Assembly: GCA_012295275.1 (NCBI GenBank)
Contig: CM022668.1
Span: 11,346,001 to 11,410,000, forward strand
DNA: 64,000 bases
Direction of reading: 5' to 3'
Origin: Chrysomallon squamiferum
Lineage: Eukaryota; Animalia; Mollusca
The notes under the pieces are model-generated. The model worked only from the letters and a program-made list of their open reading frames with translations. It did not search any database and had not been told where the DNA came from. Both the position numbers and the translations under genes were made by a program. Positions 29,904-42,590 of the stretch are shown here, in pieces. The stretch's first letter is position 1. Each line of letters starts with the position of its first letter.

Positions 29904-32900
29904 TAATAATTATAATTATAAAACAGATCAGTTGTTTTATTTTATCTTTTATCTCTTCATCACAATAAAAAGAAAGAAAAAAGAAAGAAAGAAGAAAAAG
30001 ACATTTCTCATAACATCGGTGTAATTTGTGACTCTAAGGCAGTTTTTTCTTTGATAATTGAATAACTACTTTCAGAAACTGTGGTGAATCTTTCATATCA
30101 AACATATTTACATAAAGGCCAGGCAGAAAATGTTTAATGTGAATAATGCAAGATTCCTGAAATCACCATTAAATAGATAATCATTCTGTGTTGACCTGTA
30201 TTCCCATAAAGTAATTAGGCACTTAGGAGGAAACCACATACCTTTTGTACAGTCAATTTCCAAATAACCATCTGTACAACCACCGACACACTCTCCCTTT
30301 ACGTTGTCACACGGAGATGATGTGTTAAAACAGTGTCTTTTACTGCATTGTTTAGAACAACCTTGACCATAGGTCGTCTTGGAACATACTGTTGATATAA
30401 TAAACATTTGGAAAAACTGGGGCTTTGTTTTTCTCTCCATTTCGAATATTACACTAAACTTTATTCTCGACAATAATTTTCAGTTTCCTAATTATATATA
30501 CATATCTTTTCTTTATTATTATTATTATTATTATGATTATTATTATTATTATTATGATTATTATTATTTTTGTTTTTTGTTATTATTCACCTTTTACTTC
30601 TTTAATGATTTTTTTCTTATTATTGTTTATTGGGAATCATAGTATTTTTCGTATAATTCTTTTCTACTTTAAATAGCCAAATATACAAATTCTCAATAAC
30701 TATCCATTAAGAAAGATAACTTTTTATTAATCATTTCTATTTACTTTATGTACTCCGAAATATTTTCAGCAGTCGTAAAGCATATCAGAGACGAAAGGCT
30801 GAACAGATGGGTCCAAATTCCAATAAGGTTAATATGGTTTTCGACGATTAGTGAGAAAGACAGAAGCATATTAATTTAAATATTACGATTCGTACCATGT
30901 CGCCAGTGAAACATATTTCAACAACTGAAGATAGACGGGAATCCCTGCTGACCGCCTTCTAAATAAAATAATCTGTAGTTTTGTGGTGAACCTACCTAAA
31001 ATACAGTCTTGGCGTTGATAACCAGGTGCACAACCACCGATGCATTTTCCGTACACGTTATCACACGGGGAGGTCGTGTTTAAACAGTGTCTTTTACTGC
31101 ATGGCTTCGAGCAATTTGTCCCGTATATCCCTTTCAAACATTCTGTAGATGCAATCATGCAAGTTAAAGAAAATGTCATACATTTTCAGTCAAAAACATT
31201 ATAATAAATAGACATGTTGATTTCTTGTGGCTTCGTTAAGACATTCGGAGAATTTGTGGAGTAATCAATGACTGAAGAAATTATATCCCGAAAAGATTAC
31301 CCTTTCAACACTGTCATTTATGTTATCATATATTATGAAACTCTTACTGAAAGTCCTCGCACATTTCTCTTATGAGTATTTGTTATTATATAAACAGTCA
31401 ACCGTAGCGACACTAGTAAAGTGGTTCATGGTCGGGTCCCTCTATATACGAGGCCCTACGGAACAATTTCTGATTTTCGGAATCTTTCCCAACAGAAATA
31501 ATAATGCTGTCTCCCCAACAGTTAAGAGATGCCTTGTTATCGGGAAACATTACCCATGAAGTTCATCGATCTCTAAGTGTTCCTAAATCATACGTCCTAC
31601 GCCGAACAATGTTAAAATTTACATTAATGCATAGCCCTGTTCTATTAGGGATACAGGAAACCTACCTTTCGAACAATCAATCAGTCTGTACCCAGCTGCA
31701 CAACCAGTGACACATTCTCCTGTCACTTTATCACACGAAATACTTCTCTTCCTACAGTGTCTGTCGGAGCATTTCTTGGTACAATTTGTTCCATAATTCG
31801 TTTTCTCACATGCTACACAGAAAAAAAAAGTTTGAAAACAGGAGCCTGATTTGATTCTTTATATTAACACTTATTCACTATTCTACGACTAGAAGTTTTA
31901 TTCCATATTCAAAAACTCTAGCCGTTTTCTTTCTATCATATGCCGACTTACCATTAAATCCACTAATTCATAGAATACGTGCTTTCAGTGTCTTATTGAT
32001 CTTAACATAAAACATCGGACTACACCATCATCGGAAAACAGCACTTTCGCGAACTAACTTAATATGAACAAGTAGCATGCAAAAACAGACAGGTGAAGCA
32101 TCCTTCAAGAAGAAAGCAATCGGCAGAAACCCTACAATCTTACCTTCTAATGCTAACATATTAACTTACGTATCGTACAATCAACGGCTTTATAACCATC
32201 TTCACAACCACCAATACATTTTCCTTTCACTATATCACATGCAGAGTCTTTGTTTAAACAATGTCTTTCACTGCAGTGCTTAGAGCAGGCTTTTCCATAG
32301 GTCTCCGTGCATGCTATGAATTCAAAAATAATCTTTAAATAAAATGTGATTTAGATGTCATTTTTAAACGATTTATTTGTATTGTCAAACCACTAATGTG
32401 TACTGTCAACGACTCGTAATAACATTAACATTAATTCCGTGCCTGGGACACATTTCTCTTTTAATAACAATAAAAACATTTTTAAAACTCTTTGCTGACA
32501 GGTCTGCTCTATTCTGTGTTATGAAATGCATAGAGATTAAAGAAGGTAGTGATGATAGGATCACACAAACAAAGACACTGCCTTAGATACAGCTGGTACT
32601 GAATTTGAAAAAGGGAAGGGACCAAAATAAATCTACAGGTGTCTTCAATTTATACAACTACAGAAAACTTACGTTTCGTACAGTCAATTTCTACATAACC
32701 ATCATCACAACCACCGACACACTCTCCTTTTACATTATCGCACGGGGAGGATCGTTTTAAACAGTGTCTTTCATTACATAGCTTAGAGCACGCTTTTCCA
32801 TAGGTTATGTTAGAACATGCTGTGATTATTAATTTAAAAAAAATATTAGTATGTCAATCAGATGGCAATAATAATAATAATAATAATAGTAATAATGATA

Positions 32901-33512
32901 ACAATAATAATTATAATTATAAAACAGATCAGTTGTTTTATTTTATCTTTTATCTCTTCATCACAATAAAAAGAAAGAAAAAAGAAAGAAAGAAGAAAAA
33001 GACATTTCTCATAACATCGGTGTAATTTGTGACTCTAAGGCAGTTTTATCTTTGATAATTGAATAACTACTTTCAGAAACTGTGCTGAATCTTTCATATC
33101 AAACATATTTACATAAAGGCCAGGCAGAAAATGTTTAATGTAAATAATGCAAGATTCCTGAAATCACCATTAAATAGATAATCATTCTGTGTTGACCTGT
33201 ATTCCCATAAAGTAATTAGGCACTCAGGAGGAAACCACATACCTTTTGTACAGTCAATTTCCAAATAACCATCTGTACAACCACCGACACACTCTCCCTT
33301 TACGTTGTCACACGGAGATGATGTGTTAAAACAGTGTCTTTTACTGCATTGTTTAGAACAACCTTGACCATAGGTCGTCTTGGAACATACTGTTGATATA
33401 ATAAACATTTGGAAAAACTGGGGCTTTGTTTTTCTCTTCATTTCGAATATTACACTAAACTTTAATCTCGACAATAATTTTCAGTTTCCTAATTATATAT
33501 ACATATCTTTTC

Positions 33513-33570
<58 letters not shown>

Positions 33571-36521
33571 TTATTTTTTTTTTGTTATTATTCACCTTTT
33601 ACTTCTTTAATGATTTTTTTCTTATTATTGTTTATTGGGAATCATAGTATTTTTCGTATAATTCTTTTCTACTTTAAATAGCCCAATATACAAATTCTCA
33701 ATAACTATCCATGAAGAAAGATAACTTTTTATTAATCATTTCTATTTACTTTATGTACTCCGAAATATTTTCAGCAGTCGTAAAGCATATCAGAGACGAA
33801 AGGCTGAACAGATGGGTCCAAATTCCAATAAGGTTAATATGGTTTTCGACGATTAGTGAGAAAGACAGAAGCATATTAATTTAAATATTACGATTCGTAC
33901 AATGTCGCCAGTGAAACATATTTCAACAACTGAAGATAGACGGGAATCCCTGCTGACCGCCTTCTAAATAAAATAATCTGTAGTTTTGTGGTGAACCTAC
34001 CTAAAATACAGTCTTGGCGTTGATAACCAGGTGCACAACCACCGATGCATTTTCCGTACACGTTATCACACGGGGAGCGTCGTGTTTAAACAGTGTCTTT
34101 TACTGCATGGCTTCGAGCAATTTGTCCCGTATATCCCTTTCAAACATTCTGTAGATGCAATCATGGAAGTTAAAGAAAATGTCATACATTTTCAGTCAAA
34201 AACATTATAATAAATAGACATGTTGATTTCTTGTGGCTTCGTTAAGACATTCGGAGAATTTGTGGAGTAATCAATGACTGAAGAAATTATATCCCGAAAA
34301 GATTACCCTTTCAACACTGTCATTTATGTTATCATATATTATGAAACTCTTACTGAAAGTCCTCGCACATTTCTCTTATGAGTATTTGTTATTATATAAA
34401 CAGTCAACCGTAGCGACACTAGTAAAGTGGTTCATGGTCGGGTCCCTCTATATACGAGGCCCTACGGAACAATTTCTGATTTTCGGAATCTTTCCCAACA
34501 GAAATAATAATGCTGTCTCCCCAACAGTTAAGAGATGCCTTGTTATCGGGAAACATTACCCATGAAGTTCATCGATCTCTAAGTGTTCCTAAATCATACG
34601 TCCTACGCCGAACAATGTTAAAATTTACATTAATGCATAGCCCTGTTCTATTAGGGATACAGGAAACCTACCTTTCGAACAATCAATCAGTCTGTACCCA
34701 GCTGCACAACCAGTGACACATTCTCCTGTCACTTTATCACACGAAATACTTCTCTTCCTACAGTGTCTGTCGGAGCATTTCTTGGTACAATTTGTTCCAT
34801 AATTCGTTTTCTCACATGCTACACAGAAAAAAAAAGTTTGAAAACAGGAGCCTGATTTGATTCTTTATATTAACACTTATTCACTATTCTACGACTAGAA
34901 GTTTTATTCCATATTCAAAAACTCTAGCCGTTTTCTTTCTATCATATGCCGACTTACCATTAAATCCACTAATTCATAGAATACGTGCTTTCAGTGTCTT
35001 ATTGATCTTAACATAAAACATCGGACTACACCATCATCGGAAAACAGCACTTTCGCGAACTAACTTAATATGAACAAGTAGCATGCAAAAACAGACAGGT
35101 GAAGCATCCTTCAAGAAGAAAGCAATCGGCAGAAACCCTACAATCTTACCTTCTAATGCTAACATATTAACTTACGTATCGTACAATCAACGGCTTTATA
35201 ACCATCTTCACAACCACCAATACATTTTCCTTTCACTATATCACATGCAGAGTCTTTGTTTAAAAATGTGTTTTCACTGCAGTTGCTTAGAGCAGGCTTT
35301 TCCATAGGTCTCCGTGCATGCTATGAATTCAAAAATAATCTTTAAATAAAATGTGATTTAGATGTCATTTTTAAACGATTTATTTGTATTGTCAAACCAC
35401 TAATGTGTACTGTCAACGACTCGTAATAACATTAACATTAATTCCGTGCCTGGGACACATTTCTCTTTTAATAACAATAAAAACATTTTTAAAACTCTTT
35501 GCTGACAGGTCTGCTCTATTCTGTGTTATGAAATGCATAGAGATTAAAGAAGGTAGTGATGATAGGATCACACAAACAAAGACACTGCCTTAGATACAGC
35601 TGGTACTGAATTTGAAAAAGGAAGGGACCAAAATAAATCTACAGGTGTCTTCAATTTATACAACTACAGAAAACTTACGTTTCGTACAGTCAATTTCTAC
35701 ATAACCATCATCACAACCACCGACACACTCTCCTTTTACATTATCGCACGGGGAGGATCGTTTTAAACAGTGTCTTTCATTACATAGCTTAGAGCACGCT
35801 TTTCCATAGGTTATGTTAGAACATGCTGTGATTATTAATTTAAAAAACATATTAGTATGTCTATCAAATGGCAATAATAATAATAATAATAATAATAGTA
35901 ATAATGATAACAATAATAATTATAATTATAAAACAGATCAGTTGTTTTATTTTATCTTTTATCTCTTCATCACAATAAAAAGAAAGAAAAAAGAAAGAAA
36001 GAAGAAAAAGACATTTCTCATAACATCGGTGTAATTTGTGACTCTAAGGCAGTTTTTTCTTTGATAATTGAATAACTACTTTCAGAAACTGTGGTGAATC
36101 TTTCATATCAAACATATTTACATAAAGGCCAGGCAGAAAATGTTTAATGTGAATAATGCAAGATTCCTGAAATCACCATTAAATAGATAATCATTCTGTG
36201 TTGACCTGTATTCCCATAAAGTAATTAGGCACTCAGGAGGAAACCACATACCTTTTGTACAGTCAATTTCCAAATAACCATCTGTACAACCACCGACACA
36301 CTCTCCCTTTACGTTGTCACACGGAGATGATGTGTTAAAACAGTGTCTTTTACTGCATTGTTTAGAACAACCTTGACCATAGGTCGTCTTGGAACATACT
36401 GTTGATATAATAAACATTTGGAAAAACTGGGGCTTTGTTTTTCTCTTCATTTCGAATATTACACTAAACTTTAATCTCGACAATAATTTTCAGTTTCTTA
36501 ATTATATATACATATCTTTTC

Positions 36522-36578
<57 letters not shown>

Positions 36579-39529
36579 TTTGTTTTTTGTTATTATTCAC
36601 CTTTTACTTCTTTAATGATTTTTTTCTTATTATTGTTTATTGGGAATCATAGTATTTTTCGTATAATTCTTTTCTACTTTAAATAGCCCAATATACAAAT
36701 TCTCAATAACTATCCATGAAGAAAGATAACTTTTTATTAATCATTTCTATTTACTTTATGTACTCCGAAATATTTTCAGCAGTCGTAAAGCATATCAGAG
36801 ACGAAAGGCTGAACAGATGGGTCCAAATTCCAATACGGTTAATATGGTTTTCGACGATTAGTGAGAAAGACAGAAGCATATTAATTTAAATATTACGATT
36901 CGTACCATGTCGCCAGTGAAACATATTTCAACAACTGAAGATAGACGGGAATCCCTGCTGACCGCCTTCTAAATAAAATAATCTGTAGTTTTGTGGTGAA
37001 CCTACCTAAAATACAGTCTTGGCGTTGATAACCAGGTGCACAACCACCGATGCATTTTCCGTACACGTTATCACACGGGAGGTCGTGTTTAAACAGTGTC
37101 TTTTACTGCATGGCTTCGAGCAATTTGTCCCGTATATCCCTTTCAAACATTCTGTAGATGCAATCATGCAAGTTAAAGAAAATGTTATACATTTTCAGTC
37201 AAAAACATTATAATAAATAGACATGTTGATTTCTTGTGGCTTCGTTAAGACATTCGGAGAATTTGTGGAGTAATCAATGACTGAAGAAATTATATCCCGA
37301 AAAGATTACCCTTTCAACACTGTCATTTATGTTATCATATATTATGAAACTCTTACTGAAAGTCCTCGCACATTTCTCTTTATGAGTATTTGTTACTATA
37401 TAAACAGTCAACCGTAGCGACACTAGTAAAGTGGTTCATGGTCGGGTCCCTCTATATACGAGGCCCTACGGAACAATTTCTGATTTTCGGAATCTTTCCC
37501 AACAGAAATAATAATGCTGTCTCCCCAACAGTTAAGAGATGCCTTGTTATCGGGAAACATTACCCATGAAGTTCATCGATCTCTAAGTGTTCCTAAATCA
37601 TACGTCCTACGCCGAACAATGTTAAAATTTACAGTAATGCATAGCCCTGTTCTATTAGGGATACAGGAAACCTACCTTTCGAACAATCAATCAGTCTGTA
37701 CCCAGCTGCACAACCAGTGACACATTCTCCTGTCACTTTATCACACGAAATACTTCTCTTCCTACAGTGTCTGTCGGAGCATTTCTTGGTACAATTTGTT
37801 CCATAATTCGTTTTCTCACATGCTACACAGAAAAAAAAAGTTTGAAAACAGGAGCCTGATTTGATTCTTTATATTAACACTTATTCACTATTCTACGACT
37901 AGAAGTTTTATTCCATATTCAAAAAACTCTAGCCGTTTTCTTTCTATCATATGCCGACTTACCATTAAATCCACTAATTCATAGAATACGTGCTTTCAGT
38001 GTCTTATTGATCTTAACATAAAACATCGGACTACACCATCATCGGAAAACAGCACTTTCGCGAACTAACTTAATATGAACAAGTAGCATGCAAAAACAGA
38101 CAGGTGAAGCATCCTTCAAGAAGAAAGCAATCGGCAGAAACCCTACAATCTTACCTTCTAATGCTAACATATTAACTTACGTATCGTACAATCAACGGCT
38201 TTATAACCATCTTCACAACCACCAATACATTTTCCTTTCACTATATCACATGCAGAGTCTTTGTTTAAACAATGTCTTTCACTGCATTGCTTAGAGCAGG
38301 CTTTTCCATAGGTCTCCGTGCATGCTATGAATTCAAAAATAATCTTTAAATAAAATGTGATTTAGATGTCATTTTTAAACGATTTATTTCTATTGTCAAA
38401 CCACTAATGTGTACTGTCAACGACTCGTAATAACATTAACATTAATTCCGTGCCTGGGACACATTTCTCTTTTAATAACAATAATAACATTTTTAAAACT
38501 CTTTGCTGACAGGTCTGCTCTATTCTGTGTTATGAAATGCATAGAGATTAAAGAAGGTAGTGATGATAGGATCACACAAACAAAGACACTGCCTTAGATA
38601 CAGCTGGTACTGAATTTGAAAAAGGGAAGGGACCAAAATAAATCTACAGGTGTCTTCAATTTATACAACTACAGAAAACTTACGTTTCGTACAGTCAATT
38701 TCTACATAACCATCATCACAACCACCGACACACTCTCCTTTTTTACATTATCGCACGGGAGGATCGTTTTAAACAGTGTCTTTCATTACATAGCTTAGAG
38801 CACGCTTTTCCATAGGTTATGTTAGAACATGCTGTGATTATTAATTTAAAAAAATATATTAGTATGTCTATCAGATGGCAATAATAATAATAATAATAAT
38901 AATAGTAATAATGATAACAATAATAATTATAATTATAAAACAGATCAGTTGTTTTATTTTATCTTTTATCTCTTCATCACAATAAAAAGAAAGAAAAAAA
39001 AAGAAGAAAGAAAAAAACACATTTCTCATAACATCGGTGTAATTTGTGACTCTAAGGCAGTTTTTTCTTTGATAATTGAATAACTACTTTCAGAAACTGT
39101 GGTGAATCTTTCATATCAAACATATTTACATAAAGGCCAGGCAGAAAATGTTTAATGTGAATAATGCAAGATTCCTGAAATCACCATTAAATAGATAATC
39201 ATTCTGTGTTGACCTGTATTCCCATAAAGTAATTAGGCACTCAGGAGGAAACCACATACCTTTTGTACAGTCAATTTCCAAATAACCATCTGTACAACCA
39301 CCGACACACTCTCCCTTTACGTTGTCACACGGAGATGATGTGTTAAAACAGTGTCTTTTACTGCATTGTTTAGAACAACCTTGACCATAGGTCGTCTTGG
39401 AACATACTGTTGATATAATAAACATTTGGAAAAACTGGGGCTTTGTTTTTCTCTTCATTTCGAATATTACACTAAACTTTAATCTCGACAATAATTTTCA
39501 GTTTCCTAATTATATATACATATCTTTTC

Positions 39530-39592
<63 letters not shown>

Positions 39593-42542
39593 GTTTTTGT
39601 TTTTTGTTATTATTCACCTTTTACTTCTTTAATGATTTTTTTCTTATTATTGTTTATTGGGAATCATAGTATTTTTCGTATAATTCTTTTCTACTTTAAA
39701 TAGCCCAATATACAAATTCTCAATAACTATCCATGAAGAAAGATAACTTTTTATTAATCATTTCTATTTACTTTATGTACTCCGAAATATTTTCAGCAGT
39801 CGTAAAGCATATCAGAGACGAAAGGCTGAACAGATGGGTCCAAATTCCAATACGGTTAATATGGTTTTCGACGATTAGTGAGAAAGACAGAAGCATATTA
39901 ATTTAAATATTACGATTCGTACCATGTCGCCAGTGAAACATATTTCAACAACTGAAGATAGACGGGAATCCCTGCTGACCGCCTTCTAAATAAAATAATC
40001 TGTAGTTTTGTGGTGAACCTACCTAAAATACAGTCTTGGCGTTGATAACCAGGTGCACAACCACCGATGCATTTTCCGTACACGTTATCACACGGGGAGG
40101 TCGTGTTTAAACAGTGTCTTTTACTGCATGGCTTCGAGCAATTTGTCCCGTATATCCCTTTCAAACATTCTGTAGATGCAATCATGCAAGTTAAAGAAAA
40201 TGTTATACATTTTCAGTCAAAAACATTATAATAAATAGACATGTTGATTTCTTGTGGCTTCGTTAAGACATTCGGAGAATTTGTGGAGTAATCAATGACT
40301 GAAGAAATTATATCCCGAAAAGATTACCCTTTCAACACTGTCATTTATGTTATCATATATTATGAAACTCTTACTGAAAGTCCTCGCACATTTCTCTTAT
40401 GAGTATTTGTTATTATATAAACAGTCAACCGTAGCGACACTAGTAAAGTGGTTCATGGTCGGGTCCCTCTATATACGAGGCCCTACGGAACAATTTCTGA
40501 TTTTCGGAATCTTTCCCAACAGAAATAATAATGCTGTCTCCCCAACAGTTAAGAGATGCCTTGTTATCGGGAAACATTACCCATGAAGTTCATCGATCTC
40601 TAAGTGTTCCTAAATCATACGTCCTACGCCGAACAATGTTAAAATTTACAGTAATGCATAGCCCTGTTCTATTAGGGATACAGGAAACCTACCTTTCGAA
40701 CAATCAATCAGTCTGTACCCAGCTGCACAACCAGTGACACATTCTCCTGTCACTTTATCACACGAAATACTTCTCTTCCTACAGTGTCTGTCGGAGCATT
40801 TCTTGGTACAATTTGTTCCATAATTCGTTTTCTCACATGCTACACAGAAAAAAAAAGTTTGAAAACAGGAGCCTGATTTGATTCTTTATATTAACACTTA
40901 TTCACTATTCTACGACTAGAAGTTTTATTCCATATTCAAAAACTCTAGCCGTTTTCTTTCTATCATATGCCGACTTACCATTAAATCCACTAATTCATAG
41001 AATACGTGCTTTCAGTGTCTTATTGATCTTAACATAAAACATCGGACTACACCATCATCGGAAAACAGCACTTTCGCGAACTAACTTAATATGAACAAGT
41101 AGCATGCAAAAACAGACAGGTGAAGCATCCTTCAAGAAGAAAGCAATCGGCAGAAACCCTACAATCTTACCTTCTAATGCTAACATATTAACTTACGTAT
41201 CGTACAATCAACGGCTTTATAACCATCTTCACAACCACCAATACATTTTCCTTTCACTATATCACATGCAGAGTCTTTGTTTAAACAATGTCTTTCACTG
41301 CATTGCTTAGAGCAGGCTTTTCCATAGGTCTCCGTGCATGCTATGAATTCAAAAAAATCTTTAAATAAAATGTGATTTAGATGTCATTTTTAAACGATTT
41401 ATTTCTATTGTCAAACCACTAATGTGTACTGTCAACGACTCGTAATAACATTAACATTAATTCCGTGCCTGGGACACATTTCTCTTTTAATAACAATAAT
41501 AACATTTTTAAAACTCTTTGCTGACAGGTCTGCTCTATTCTGTGTTATGAAATGCATAGAGATTAAAGAAGGTAGTGATGATAGGATCACACAAACAAAG
41601 ACACTGCCTTAGATACAGCTGGTACTGAATTTGAAAAAGGGAAGGGACCAAAATAAATCTACAGGTGTCTTCAATTTATACAACTACAGAAAACTTACGT
41701 TTCGTACAGTCAATTTCTACATAACCATCATCACAACCACCGACACACTCTCCTTTTACATTATCGCACGGGGAGGATCGTTTTAAACAGTGTCTTTCAT
41801 TACATAGCTTAGAGCACGCTTTTCCATAGGTTATGTTAGAACATGCTGTGATTATTAATTTAAAAAAATATATTAGTATGTCTATCAGATGGCAATAATA
41901 ATAATAATAATAATAATAGTAATAATGATAACAATAATAATTATAATTATAAAACAGATCAGTTGTTTTATTTTATCTTTTATCTCTTCATCACAATAAA
42001 AAGAAAGAAAAAAGAAAGAAAGAAGAAAAACACATTTCTCATAACATCGGTGTAATTTGTGACTCTAAGGCAGTTTTTTCTTTGATAATTGAATAACTAC
42101 TTTCAGAAACTGTGGTGAATCTTTCATATCAAACATATTTACATAAAGGCCAGGCAGAAAATGTTTAATGTGAATAATGCAAGATTCCTGAAATCACCAT
42201 TAAATAGATAATCATTCTGTGTTGACCTGTATTCCCATAAAGTAATTAGGCACTCAAGAGGAAACCACATACCTTTTGTACAGTCAATTTCCAAATAACC
42301 ATCTGTACAACCACCGACACACTCTCCCTTTACGTTGTCACACGGAGATGATGTGTTAAAACAGTGTCTTTTATTGCATTGTTTAGAACAACCTTGACCA
42401 TAGGTCGTCTTGGAACATACTGTTGATATAATAAACATTTGGAAAAACTGGGGCTTTGTTTTTCTCTTCATTTCGAATATTACACTAAACTTTAATCTCG
42501 ACAATAATTTTCAGTTTCCTAATTATATATACATATCTTTTC

Positions 42543-42590
<48 letters not shown>

